DNA of 64,000 nt, from positions 1 through 64,000 of IMG/VR virus record IMGVR_UViG_3300030060_002972. The stretch is one strand, 5' to 3'. The notes beneath the pieces are model-generated. The model saw only the letters and a program-made list of their open reading frames with translations, had not been told where the DNA came from and did no database searches. Each line of letters begins with the position of its first letter. The first letter of the stretch is position 1. This stretch comes from a virus. Both the position numbers and the translations under genes were made by a program. Positions 18,804 to 28,563 of the stretch are shown one piece after another.

Positions 18804-19302
18804 TTTTTATTTCTCTCTTGTAGCTCTCCTCTACTAATTCATGCAAGTTAGCTTCTACATAGATAGAAAACTTACATGGAAACACAGGTACAATAGGCAT
18901 ACGCTGTGTAATGTATAATACTCTAGATGGGGAGAGATTGTAATATAAATACAGAGTATTATTAGACTGAGGGTCTAGTTGATAATAGTGTAGACCTGTT
19001 AGTTCTTTCATCTGACTAAGAAATGGGATAGATATATACATGTCTTTAGTTGTATACTCTATTAGTTGTTCTTCTATCCAGTGTACAAACTGTGACTCAT
19101 CTGTGTCACCTATGAATCTGTGTAGTCTTAGTGTATCCCACTTAGCATTTACTTGTTCTAACATTCTAGACCAGAGGGTAGTTCTAGTGTCATTAAATAA
19201 AGAGGCAGAGGCAATAGAACTCTCTGTAACAGCAGTGCTAAGCACAGACAGAACACTTAGTTTTTTTACTAGATTTATATATGCATCCATGCATCCACCC
19301 AT
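18772..19302 (-). CDS. Hypothetical protein
   Basis: Diverged homologue 61891..62460 (L.L.RFI, YYNL.P, FP.KF). Confidence 0.7.
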   Translation of the reverse strand: MGGCMDAYINLVKKLSVLSVLSTAVTESSIASASLFNDTRTTLWSRMLEQVNAKWDTLRLHRFIGDTDESQFVHWIEEQLIEYTTKDMYISIPFLSQMKELTGLHYYQLDPQSNNTLYLYYNLSPSRVLYITQRMPIVPVFPCKFSIYVEANLHELVEESYKREIKNEQQKKINTL

Positions 19303-19658
19303 TGTCCTAAACTAGGATAAAAATTACAAGGCACAGACCTATCATCACTAGAAGTAGCAAAGAACATAATCATACCATTATCTTTTAGTGCCGCTTGTAT
19401 TTCTCTTTTTTGTTGTGGCTTAGAGATGTAGCCCTTTTTACATTGTATTCCAAACCATATCCTTGACCCCGTTGCCAAGTTAAACAGACCAAAAACAATA
19501 TCTGCTTTACCTTTACTACCTCTAGATTCTATTGAGTAATGCAGTAAGTTATCATACTTAGATAGCATAGAAGTAATAACAGCTCTTGTTTTCTTTTCAA
19601 ACATGTAGCCTTTTCTGTACATTCTTTTAAATCTTGGTGTTTTATTTAGGCGTGACAT
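19275..19658 (-). CDS. Hjc-type (PD-(D/E)XK) Holliday junction resolvase
   Basis: GYxFE...ESRGSKGxADI...GIQCK; start set at MSRLNK to match the 126-aa homologue 62438..62818. Confidence 0.75.
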   Translation of the reverse strand: MSRLNKTPRFKRMYRKGYMFEKKTRAVITSMLSKYDNLLHYSIESRGSKGKADIVFGLFNLATGSRIWFGIQCKKGYISKPQQKREIQAALKDNGMIMFFATSSDDRSVPCNFYPSLGQWVDAWMHI

Positions 19659-20457
19659 TACTATCCCTATTACATAAATCAAGATAGGTACAACTTTTAC
19701 AAAGGTAGGAAGGTACATCAGTGGGTCGTGGAGGTAAGGTGTTATTCTGGATAGACTGCTTTATAGTCTGAACATGGTTGTCTAACCATGGTTTCCAGTA
19801 ATCGTACTTTTGTACCTCCCTACTCATCTTTTCAAATCTAGTATCACAAGATATAATTACATATTTATTTTCCATGCTACTACGTTTAGTATACATAAGT
19901 ACACCATAAGGTATATTAAGTTTTAGCTTTTCTTTCCCGTAATACATCCAGAGTAGGATTTGTTTAAGGTGGTATGGATGATACCTGAACTCATTCCATT
20001 TCCATAACTCTGTAGATTTTAACTCCATAGGGATGTAGAAAGTTCTATCTCTGTACTCATACTCATGTACAAAATCCGTAGTTGCAGTACACACTACGTC
20101 TTCTTCTACTCTTATGTGTACAGGAAACTGGTTTTGTTCTATAGACTCCACACCATGTAGTTTACTATTCATTCTAGCTAGAAATTTAGCTTGAGTTTCT
20201 TCATTAATAAAACCCATGTACATTCTCTTCTTTGCAAACAAATCATCTATTGGAGCAGACTCTCTGTCAGAGAAGAAACCATAATAAGATTGTCTTATAC
20301 ATGTACCCAAAGAAGAACTTCTAACTGCTTTACTCTTACCTCTAGCTTTCCATTCCTCAGTACGTGCAGACATGTAAGAGTTTATCTCATCTTCACAAGA
20401 TTTTTCTAAACTCTCTAGAAAAAACTCTGGGTCATATATCAAATCTTTTGCATTCAT
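19642..20457 (-). CDS. Cas4-like (PD-(D/E)XK, Fe-S) exonuclease
   Basis: SSLGTCIRQ..Y, TDFV, ELKS, HLKQ, C-terminal CxxCxxxxxC. Confidence 0.85.
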   Translation of the reverse strand: MNAKDLIYDPEFFLESLEKSCEDEINSYMSARTEEWKARGKSKAVRSSSLGTCIRQSYYGFFSDRESAPIDDLFAKKRMYMGFINEETQAKFLARMNSKLHGVESIEQNQFPVHIRVEEDVVCTATTDFVHEYEYRDRTFYIPMELKSTELWKWNEFRYHPYHLKQILLWMYYGKEKLKLNIPYGVLMYTKRSSMENKYVIISCDTRFEKMSREVQKYDYWKPWLDNHVQTIKQSIQNNTLPPRPTDVPSYLCKSCTYLDLCNRDSNVTPK

Positions 20458-20498
20458 AATTCTATAGGCAGTTTAAGGTCTATGCCTAGGACACATGT

Positions 20499-20798
20499 TT
20501 ATCCTTGTTCTTGTTCTTGTATTAAGATGTCATGTAGTTCCTCTGGAATCTCTTCTTTTGGAATAGTAAAAGTAACATCAGCAGGATTCTTAGACTGACT
20601 TTTTGATTTGTCTGTCCAGAAAGCTCTGACTTTTAGACCATGTCCTGCTATATTTATTATAGCATTCATAGCCAGTTTACTTCCACTAGGTCTGTTCCAT
20701 CCAACACCAAGGGTAACCCATTCTTGTTTGCCTTTGCTCTGTTGAGGAGCTGAGCTTTTGTTAAGACTAGGTCTTTTGTATTGTGCTTGATAAGCCAT
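20499..20798 (-). CDS. Putative small ssDNA-binding protein
   Basis: LGVGW...KVRAFW...PAD pattern, acidic tail, between Cas4 and PolA; homologue 63652..63924. Confidence 0.5.
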   Translation of the reverse strand: MAYQAQYKRPSLNKSSAPQQSKGKQEWVTLGVGWNRPSGSKLAMNAIINIAGHGLKVRAFWTDKSKSQSKNPADVTFTIPKEEIPEELHDILIQEQEQG

Positions 20799-20822
20799 GT
20801 GTATTACCTCCTTTATAGTTTT

Positions 20823-22997
20823 TTAATTCCAATTATTACCTGTGTTTTTAATATCTAATGGTAGGTCTAACTCAATACCATAGTTGTATACATCTGGTAT
20901 TTGAGTATCTATTCTACCTATCAGCTCATGTACCTTTTCTAACTCTGGAGTATATACATCTATCTCCATAGCATCATGAAACTCTAACCATATTCTAGAC
21001 ATTAGCTTTTCTTGACGGAGCATGTTGAACATTTGGATAATCCTTATCTTATTCAAGTCAGCACTGAATGATTGTATTGGAAAATTAACTATCTGTGTTG
21101 GATTCATCCTATCTCCGATTCTCCCATATGCACTATAAGTATAGCCTATTTTTTCTGCTGATGTCAATAACTGTTTCTGGTAAGTACCTATACCTATCTT
21201 GTCCATAGCTGTAATATATTTCTTAACAGTACTCTTAGCTACTCTGCTAGTAAGACCTGCTTTGATTAGCTCGTTAGTAAGCCTGAACTCCGTAGCTCCA
21301 TACACATATGCAAAGTTTAATATCTTTGCATTCTTCCTTGTTATGCCTGTCATTTCAGAAGTCAAAGTGTGCATATCACTGCCCTTGTTGTAAGCATCTA
21401 TTAGATATTTACTCTTAGCTAGATAAGCTAAGCATCTTAGTTCTGATTGACTGGCATCCACTGTGAGGAGTGTACCATCATCCTCAAAGGTAGAACGAAA
21501 GCATGGGCGAACACGAGGAGGTATGTTCTGCATGTTAGGTTTCGTACTAGTCATTCTACCTGTTGTAGTAGATGCCAGTTGTAGATTACAATGTAACCTA
21601 CCAGAAGGAGTTACTAGCTCTGGTATTTTTGTAGTGTATGTAGTATTTAATTTAGAATACTTCCTGTAGTCTAGTACTAACTTTGCTAATGGGTGATTAA
21701 TACCTTTGAGTATAGTTTCTCCAGTGCCTTCTAGGTCAAACCCAAGACCTTGAAATGTTTCTAGAACTTGAGCAGGGCTAGAAGGGTTGATGTCATACTC
21801 TCTGTTGATTTCTTTTATTATATTATCTAGTTGTTCTGTGTTTTCTTTTGTATAAGTTTTTAACATTTCTAAATCTACACCTATACCAGAGTTCATCATC
21901 ACTGATACAGGTAGTATCATATTCATATCAATTAGTCTTGCATTTTGCATCATGTCCCAATGGTTAGCATAATCATCCTTAAACATATAGTACAACTGCA
22001 CTCCTGCATAGGCATCACCTGCACAGTAGTCCCTTAGTTTCTGAGTTGATTTAGCAAAGTCTTCTATCTCTATTTCTTTTGCATAGTCTACAAGATGTAG
22101 GTAATTATGAGCAAAGAACTTAAGACCCCCTACGGGTAGGTGTGGGGCAAGTTGTCGCTTGAGTATCAGAGTGTCCATAAAGTTACACTTTAATTTATCC
22201 ACACCCACCAGTCTTATTAATCTAATTACATCTACTACTATGTTGTGTCCTACAATAGTTAGCTCTGAGTCTTGTACTATTTCTCTAAGTTTTTTTCTAA
22301 CATCCCAATCTATTTCAAGAGCAATGCAGGATTTGCTAGAACTAAATCCAACTGTATGAGTTACCTGTGTTTCAATGTTCCATTCAAAGTCTAGACCTAA
22401 CAAGCCTTCTTCCTTGCTTTCTTCCATGACTTGGTCAAGTGAGGTAGTTAAAGGAATAGAATGTAACTCTTGTCTTAGCTCTGCCCCTGTTCTACAAAAA
22501 CTTTCTATAATAGTTCTATCTAATGCTTTTTGTTTTAGTTGCTCTGGATGTATACTAGATTCATACTCTTGGTTTATCTCTTTACATACCATTCTAGCTA
22601 CATCACCCATAGCAATAACTTTATCTGGTTTTGTTTCTTCTATATCCTCTTTAAGATAGGGAGAACACCACCTTGCCTCATGAGTTTTAACTTGATAATC
22701 TTTTGGATGACATCTAATACCACAGGTTATCCAGACTTCACAACCACCTAGATATTCTTTCATGTACTTCTTAACTACACTACCTGTACTATCTCCCCCA
22801 ATCATCTTCTTAACATCCTCTGCTTGAGATGGTGTACCTAATACAATAAGTACCCTACCACGCTGTCCATCTTGCAGTTTCAATCTAGAAAGATTGGGGG
22901 ACTGACAGTGTTCAAATAATCCACACCTAAGACAATTATCCTTTAGATTCTGGCTCTTGTATTTCTTCTTTCTTTCTGTGTAAGTTCTCGTTAGCAT
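20823..22997 (-). CDS. polA: Family A DNA polymerase with N-terminal family-4 UDG-like Fe-S domain and 3'-5' exonuclease
   Basis: CLRC..RCHP..WCSPYL..HP; Exo DFE/GHN..D/YCAGD; TGRMTS..PNMQN, DASQSELR, RKNAKILNFAYVYG, NFPIQ, FHD. Confidence 0.92.
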   Translation of the reverse strand: MLTRTYTERKKKYKSQNLKDNCLRCGLFEHCQSPNLSRLKLQDGQRGRVLIVLGTPSQAEDVKKMIGGDSTGSVVKKYMKEYLGGCEVWITCGIRCHPKDYQVKTHEARWCSPYLKEDIEETKPDKVIAMGDVARMVCKEINQEYESSIHPEQLKQKALDRTIIESFCRTGAELRQELHSIPLTTSLDQVMEESKEEGLLGLDFEWNIETQVTHTVGFSSSKSCIALEIDWDVRKKLREIVQDSELTIVGHNIVVDVIRLIRLVGVDKLKCNFMDTLILKRQLAPHLPVGGLKFFAHNYLHLVDYAKEIEIEDFAKSTQKLRDYCAGDAYAGVQLYYMFKDDYANHWDMMQNARLIDMNMILPVSVMMNSGIGVDLEMLKTYTKENTEQLDNIIKEINREYDINPSSPAQVLETFQGLGFDLEGTGETILKGINHPLAKLVLDYRKYSKLNTTYTTKIPELVTPSGRLHCNLQLASTTTGRMTSTKPNMQNIPPRVRPCFRSTFEDDGTLLTVDASQSELRCLAYLAKSKYLIDAYNKGSDMHTLTSEMTGITRKNAKILNFAYVYGATEFRLTNELIKAGLTSRVAKSTVKKYITAMDKIGIGTYQKQLLTSAEKIGYTYSAYGRIGDRMNPTQIVNFPIQSFSADLNKIRIIQMFNMLRQEKLMSRIWLEFHDAMEIDVYTPELEKVHELIGRIDTQIPDVYNYGIELDLPLDIKNTGNNWN

Positions 22998-23214
22998 CTT
23001 TCTCCTCCAGCACTACTCTAAATAATTCATCTAAGTTTCTTTGTAGTACCCTCTGTATAATTAAATAAGCAGACACAGAATAGCTATCTGTTGTATTTGG
23101 TTTATCTAATTCTAAGCCAGTTATTATTTCTTTAGCTACCTTCTCAATATAAAATGTCATGATTTCTTTCTGGTCTTCCTCCTGTTCTATTGCTAAGTTT
23201 TTGTAGTATCCCAT
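22936..23214 (-). CDS. Hypothetical protein
   Basis: Coupled ORF between primase and PolA. Confidence 0.55.
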   Translation of the reverse strand: MGYYKNLAIEQEEDQKEIMTFYIEKVAKEIITGLELDKPNTTDSYSVSAYLIIQRVLQRNLDELFRVVLEEKDANENLHRKKEEIQEPESKG

Positions 23215-23978
23215 TATAGTACCTCGTTGATTAAAGATTCCAAGTCATCATCATCGTATTCATATGGTTTCAAGTCTGTGTATATTTCAACAACTCTGAC
23301 TCCATATCCAGAGAGCTTGGTTGCTAGTAATTTAGATATTACTTTGGCATCAGGGTCAAAGTATAATACCCAAGTAGTTGCAAACTGTCTACTTAAGACA
23401 GAGAGTTTCATAAATAAATCCATCCTCATACTTGTTCCAAGTATAGCAATGCTAGGTAAACTGGTAGCTTGATATAGTTTCATAGCATCATATACTGATT
23501 CAACTAGAAAACAGTAATACTTTAATGGCTCGTGTGGTAAACACCTAGAATAACTAGGGTACACATCCTCACCACTAACTCTCTTAGGTAACAGTTTATA
23601 TTTAGGTTTTCTATTTATGTATCTTATCTGTTGTCCAGATGGATTCCCATAAATATCATATGTGTCTACAAGCAGAGTGCCATTGTGATACTTACACTTA
23701 AAATCCTCTGCAATGTCTAGTCTAATATTTCTTTTCTCAAAGAAATCTTTGGCATCATCACCGTACATGTATGAGTAACTATCCAAATTTTTTTTAGCAC
23801 GTCCTTTGTGTAACGCACTGTCCGTAACAGGTTTCTCATGTGCTAGGTCTATCATCCATTGTTCTAGTTTGCCAGACTTATGACAACCAAAGCAGTAGTA
23901 TCCATTATCATATATAGCTAGAGATGGGTCTGTGTCCCCATGAAAAGGACACCTAGTCATAGCAACAACCTTACCCAT
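23214..23978 (-). CDS. dnaG: DnaG-type DNA primase
   Basis: CPFHxD..PS..YYCFGC zinc finger; TOPRIM LVES.YD, ILGT, FDPD. Confidence 0.88.
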   Translation of the reverse strand: MGKVVAMTRCPFHGDTDPSLAIYDNGYYCFGCHKSGKLEQWMIDLAHEKPVTDSALHKGRAKKNLDSYSYMYGDDAKDFFEKRNIRLDIAEDFKCKYHNGTLLVDTYDIYGNPSGQQIRYINRKPKYKLLPKRVSGEDVYPSYSRCLPHEPLKYYCFLVESVYDAMKLYQATSLPSIAILGTSMRMDLFMKLSVLSRQFATTWVLYFDPDAKVISKLLATKLSGYGVRVVEIYTDLKPYEYDDDDLESLINEVL

Positions 23979-24162
23979 TATCTTCCTCTACATACTCTGC
24001 ATGTCCAAACATAGATTCATCTCTATGTTCTTCATCTGGAAATGGCTCATCTTTATCAAACTTAGACTCTGCCATTTGTTGTGCAGTTTCTCTGTTGTAT
24101 CCTCTTTCCATGTATGCTTCTACTAGTGCCTCTAGTAAAGTATCATTATTTATATTACTCAT
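23971..24162 (-). CDS. Small acidic hypothetical protein
   Basis: Likely start MSNINND after GAGGAG; overlaps flanking genes. Confidence 0.55.
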   Translation of the reverse strand: MSNINNDTLLEALVEAYMERGYNRETAQQMAESKFDKDEPFPDEEHRDESMFGHAEYVEEDNG

Positions 24163-24631
24163 TGTCCACTCCTCTATACCATCTTGGTTTTTTAGCAGGG
24201 TATTTCCAAGTGGCAAACTTTGCTTTCTCATGCATATAAAAGTTCCTGTATGCAATAACAGGATTGTCGTGCTTGTACTTCTCTGGCATTGCCTGTGCAA
24301 AAGGTGTCATACCTATGTCTTCAATAGGTGGATTAGGTAGTTTCTCAACTACTTCCCATGATTTGTGATGACCTTTATCATATCTGTATATGTACTCATT
24401 GTCTAGAAACTTTGTAAGTTCTTTGAGCCACAACCAATTAGATAGTGATTCACCTGCCCAGATGGTACATGGGTGTTTAGGATGTACTGGTAAGTAGGGG
24501 GTATCTACTTCGTTCTGATGTAGAACGGTACATAACATTTGTGCAGACTCTAGTATCATCTTTATAACATGCTTATCACAATGATACATAGCTGCAATAG
24601 GTGCTTCTCTATGTAGTACAAAAATGTTCAT
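24155..24631 (-). CDS. Pyrimidine-dimer DNA glycosylase-like (DenV-related) protein
   Basis: MNIFVL..DKHVIKMILESAQML..HPCTIW..FAQAMP..AYRNFY. Confidence 0.8.
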   Translation of the reverse strand: MNIFVLHREAPIAAMYHCDKHVIKMILESAQMLCTVLHQNEVDTPYLPVHPKHPCTIWAGESLSNWLWLKELTKFLDNEYIYRYDKGHHKSWEVVEKLPNPPIEDIGMTPFAQAMPEKYKHDNPVIAYRNFYMHEKAKFATWKYPAKKPRWYRGVDNE

Positions 24632-24720
24632 GACTTTCTCCCTAATGTTTTTTAACATTTTTTACAATGTTTGTAAAGTATTGTTGTACTGCTTTATGTG
24701 TTCCTACATCCCAACGACAT

Positions 24721-25206
24721 CTAGTCGTTGTTAGATGTATCCACATTCTTCTCCATATTTTTGGTAGATTTATCAACATCTTCTTCTCCTCCTTTGTGGT
24801 CAATAAAATATTTGAAGCCTGTTTCTGGGTGTACTGCTAAGTAACTCACATTCATTTCTTTTTGTTTTTGTGTTCTACTTAGAGGCACATCCCAGTATAG
24901 AACAGTCTGACCTTTCTTGTTTGTTCTTTTGTAGTTCTTACACATAGTTTTTACATCAACCATTTCTATCTTACCATTTGGATACATAATAATCATATCA
25001 ACAGGTCCGACAGGGGACATGTTCTTGAATATAGTACAACCTTTTTTCATAAGAAAAGTTGCAACCTCATACTCATGTATACTTCCAAGATTACTATGAC
25101 TCTTGGTTTGTAGCTTGTCTGGTTTTAGATTCTCCTTAAACCTCTTTTGTTTATGGAGTGGTATTCTTCTTGAGCCTCTCATTAAACATTCTCCTTTGTT
25201 TCTCAA
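24721..25206 (-). CDS. PD-(D/E)XK endonuclease
   Basis: GSIHE..VATFL..KG..GPVDMI...VDVKT. Confidence 0.7.
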   Translation of the reverse strand: MRNKGECLMRGSRRIPLHKQKRFKENLKPDKLQTKSHSNLGSIHEYEVATFLMKKGCTIFKNMSPVGPVDMIIMYPNGKIEMVDVKTMCKNYKRTNKKGQTVLYWDVPLSRTQKQKEMNVSYLAVHPETGFKYFIDHKGGEEDVDKSTKNMEKNVDTSNND

Positions 25207-25447
25207 AGTAATTTTTTGTGCTTACCTTGTATTGTTCAAAGTCATAAGCGTGTTGTTTTACAACCACCTCTGCTTTTTGCATACAAGAACTTCTAAGTGC
25301 CTGTCCTGTTTCATCTAGTTTATCTGGAACTACATAGGTTATGTTGTTTTGCTTAACCTTCTTCCATTCCATACAAGACTGTGGTATGTCTACACTGCAC
25401 ACAAGTCCATCTTGTGAGTAGACAGAAAATTTGAATGTATCTTTCAT
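25151..25447 (-). CDS. Hypothetical protein
   Basis: ATGA-coupled to helicase. Confidence 0.55.
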   Translation of the reverse strand: MKDTFKFSVYSQDGLVCSVDIPQSCMEWKKVKQNNITYVVPDKLDETGQALRSSCMQKAEVVVKQHAYDFEQYKVSTKNYFEKQRRMFNERLKKNTTP

Positions 25448-26511
25448 TGATTCTCCTCATAATTTTCATAGTCAAATGTCAAACTATTGAAGTTGAAATT
25501 TATCAGAAACTCTGCAAGAGCAGGGTGTCTTCTAGCTTTAATAGTAGTAACATTTCTAAAGTCTGACTGGATATCTCCACCTACACCTAGCACTAGGTCA
25601 GCATGTGATATGATTCCAGCTTTTGCCTCAAGCAAGTCATCAGCTTTGGGAAACGCCTCATCCTTGTTAAGTTGGTGAGCTGTAACAATGATGATGTTCT
25701 TGTCTTGAGCTAATCGTTTCAACTCAGATGTAATATTTTCTAGGTCATATCTTCTTTGGTCTGACCTCTTGTGTGAAGTCATGACACCAAGATAATCTAG
25801 GAATACTATGTCTGGTTTGATAGTATCAATCTCCAACTCTAGCTGTGTTGTACTAAAATCTGAGTAACAACAAGCATAGAAATCTGGGAAGTCATCTACG
25901 GAAGACAACCTCTTTCTCAGCATGGTTTCACTAAAGTCCTTGATAGATATGTACAAGGTCTTTAGATTGTTGACACATGCATCTCTGATAAATGATAACA
26001 TGATACTAGTCTTACCACGCCCAGTAAATGCACAGATAACAGCTAGTTCTTCCTTAGTCAGTCCATAGTGAAACAGATAGAACAAGTCTGTGGTTTCTGT
26101 TATCTCCATATCAGAAAACTTTTTAGATTTACTTGTCCCATATTTTAGATTGGTGGTGGAGTAATTAGCAATCTGTTCTAGTTTCTTATCTGGGTTGTCA
26201 TCAGATTGAATGATTTGGTTTATCCTATGGATTCTGTTATTAGAATACAGAGTATTGATTGCTCTATATCCAACAGTATTAGATACAGACTCATCCATAT
26301 CTTTGAAGAAGATAAACTCATCACCACTGAGTGTGTCTTTTACAATAGACAGGAAGTCTGTCTTTGTAATATCTTCTGGCAACTTCTTGATTTCTTCCCA
26401 CAGAACATCATACGGATACTCTAGATAGAACGAATCAAGTAGCTTAGTTAGCTGTTGTCTTCTACTAGCAGACAACAAGAATGTAAATACATTTAAGTAG
26501 ATATTCTCCAC
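25444..26511 (-). CDS. dnaB: DnaB-like (SF4) replicative helicase
   Basis: AFTGRGKT Walker A, VFLDYL, LKRLA, TAHQLN, ADLVL, KAR. Confidence 0.85.
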   Translation of the reverse strand: MENIYLNVFTFLLSASRRQQLTKLLDSFYLEYPYDVLWEEIKKLPEDITKTDFLSIVKDTLSGDEFIFFKDMDESVSNTVGYRAINTLYSNNRIHRINQIIQSDDNPDKKLEQIANYSTTNLKYGTSKSKKFSDMEITETTDLFYLFHYGLTKEELAVICAFTGRGKTSIMLSFIRDACVNNLKTLYISIKDFSETMLRKRLSSVDDFPDFYACCYSDFSTTQLELEIDTIKPDIVFLDYLGVMTSHKRSDQRRYDLENITSELKRLAQDKNIIIVTAHQLNKDEAFPKADDLLEAKAGIISHADLVLGVGGDIQSDFRNVTTIKARRHPALAEFLINFNFNSLTFDYENYEENQ

Positions 26512-26560
26512 AAGTATACTCCCTAGTCTAAACTAGTATATAATAATTGACTATATAAAG

Positions 26561-27703
26561 TCAATTATTTACTAGAATAACCTTTCCTAGTTTAGACAGT
26601 TCTCGTTTATACCAGTCATCTGTAAGAACAAAGTGGATAAGGTTGTGTTTAGATACATCCAACTTGAATGATGACAAGCCACCATCTGTAAAGACAATAA
26701 GACTATCATGTGGTGATACATAGTCAAGAACAGGTTTAAGATTAGTACCACCCCAAAACTTTTTGATACTGCTTAGGATACCTGCTTTGTCCTTGAGTTT
26801 GTAAACATCAGTAATCTTGGTATCAAACAACAAGACTTCACTGTCTGGAACATGACATATAAGTTGTCCCAATGCTTTGTCCACAACTTCTCTGTCCATA
26901 GAGCCAGAACAATCTACTGCAAACAACAGCTTGGGTTTAGCAGGAGTATTGCCATAACCTTTGGACAAGATAGTATCACACACTGGATTCCTATGTTCTC
27001 TCCTGTATGTCCTTTCTCGCTCTTGATTGTCAAAGTTACGCACAACTCGTAACAGCTCATCTAGCCACTCAGCCATCTTCTCTGGTTGTATAAGGAAATC
27101 ATAGTCTATATCAATAGTACTATGTTGTGTCCCACCTGCACAGAAGGATGAACTAGGCACTGCCCCAGCTTTCTTAGCTTCTTCTAGCCCTTGCTCAATA
27201 TTGGCTTGAATAATCTGTGTTTCTATCTTAGGGGCTGAGTGTTGCCATAGTTTCTCATTGTTGGGTAGAGTGTTACTGATGTACTGCTCAAGCTTGGATA
27301 ACTCCTTGTTCAGCTTGTCGTACAGCAGCTCTGGTGGCAGCTGTGGTAGATTGGTATTCTCATAGGTCAAACCACCCAAGTACTTGCCATCTGCTAGATT
27401 GACATGGATACTGCAATCAGCAACAATATTGAATAGCTTTCTTTGTTGTTCACTCTTGCCTACATTGAAGGATAGATGTCCAAACATGCCATGCCCTAGC
27501 TCATGCTTGATAAGCTCTAGCTTGTACTTGTTATCCTTACACAAGAGGTCATCCGATATGTAGATACTGAATCTACCTTTATCACTCCAACAATATGCAG
27601 TGTCTTTCTCATCACCAGAGTAGAAGTTTATCTTGTCTACTTGGTATATCAACCATGGCTCATCATCAAATGATACATGGTCATGTATGTTGATAGTATT
27701 CAT
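26561..27703 (-). CDS. HExxH metallopeptidase plus VWA domain protein
   Basis: HELGH, NIVAD, DCSGS MIDAS, GGT, FTDG. Confidence 0.85.
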   Translation of the reverse strand: MNTINIHDHVSFDDEPWLIYQVDKINFYSGDEKDTAYCWSDKGRFSIYISDDLLCKDNKYKLELIKHELGHGMFGHLSFNVGKSEQQRKLFNIVADCSIHVNLADGKYLGGLTYENTNLPQLPPELLYDKLNKELSKLEQYISNTLPNNEKLWQHSAPKIETQIIQANIEQGLEEAKKAGAVPSSSFCAGGTQHSTIDIDYDFLIQPEKMAEWLDELLRVVRNFDNQERERTYRREHRNPVCDTILSKGYGNTPAKPKLLFAVDCSGSMDREVVDKALGQLICHVPDSEVLLFDTKITDVYKLKDKAGILSSIKKFWGGTNLKPVLDYVSPHDSLIVFTDGGLSSFKLDVSKHNLIHFVLTDDWYKRELSKLGKVILVNN

Positions 27704-28563
27704 TTGGCTCTCCTCTCTCTACGGCTTCTGTATGTAGAGATTTGTTTTGGTTTCTTGTAACTAGATTTGTGTGGTCTGTTAAACACCTTCAAGTTACGGT
27801 GGTCGCCCCACTTGTCAAATGGTAGATACCATGAAAACTTCTTGGCATTTCTACATCTGTCAAAGTCAGTGAAGTATGTGTTTCTAGTCTTGTCATTCTT
27901 AAGACTAGGTCGCATTGGTTTGTCAATGACACATATGTCATTCTCTAGAACAGTGTGCTTGAGTTGCTCTGGAAAGGGTAACTTGGTTTCAGCACACCAG
28001 TTGTAGTATGTATCATTACATAACCTACCATCCTTTCTTGATATGTAGATAACAGACATGACTTCCTTGGGTTTGAAGCTGTGGACAAAGTTGTTCCAAG
28101 CCCTCTCTGGTCTAGGATAGTCTGCATTGAATTGCCTTGAGCTTGTGAAATCCCGAGTGTTGATGATACGAATGCCTACAACACATTGGAAATCATCTGC
28201 ATTTGGTAGCTTCTCTTGGAACTTACCAATACATTTGTATCCTTTCTCCCATTGATATTCATGCTCATCTGTTATCTCTGGATTGAACTTGTGAAACCAT
28301 TTGTATTCTTTGGCGTTTTTACTTCTAGTAATCTTCTGAGGTTGCATAACCTTCTGTCTATCTGCAATAGCCGTAGAATACTCTTGAGTAACAGGCATGA
28401 AATGGCTAGATAAATAGAATCGCCACATACAATCGTCAACATCTTGTTGTAGATGATACGAGTATGGTTTTCTAGTATCATAGGTTTTCTTTGGATACTG
28501 TGTTCGTTTGGTTGTATCTCTGTGATAGTTTAGACTGAGGTAGTTTGGATTTGCTTTTCTCAT
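27700..28563 (-). CDS. Basic, aromatic-rich hypothetical protein between AAA and VWA genes
   Basis: ATGA-coupled at both ends when started at MRKANP. Confidence 0.65.
   Translation of the reverse strand: MRKANPNYLSLNYHRDTTKRTQYPKKTYDTRKPYSYHLQQDVDDCMWRFYLSSHFMPVTQEYSTAIADRQKVMQPQKITRSKNAKEYKWFHKFNPEITDEHEYQWEKGYKCIGKFQEKLPNADDFQCVVGIRIINTRDFTSSRQFNADYPRPERAWNNFVHSFKPKEVMSVIYISRKDGRLCNDTYYNWCAETKLPFPEQLKHTVLENDICVIDKPMRPSLKNDKTRNTYFTDFDRCRNAKKFSWYLPFDKWGDHRNLKVFNRPHKSSYKKPKQISTYRSRRERRAK

Noticed and set aside
19642-20457. CRISPR-Cas system suggested by Cas4
   Set aside because: Solo Cas4-like nuclease in a replication operon; no cas1/cas2 and no repeat-spacer array
19275-20457. Archaeal host inferred from Hjc/Cas4/family-4 UDG
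   Set aside because: PolA, DnaG, DnaB, the TTGACA promoter and holin-like genes point to a bacterial host; these nucleases are common in bacteriophages
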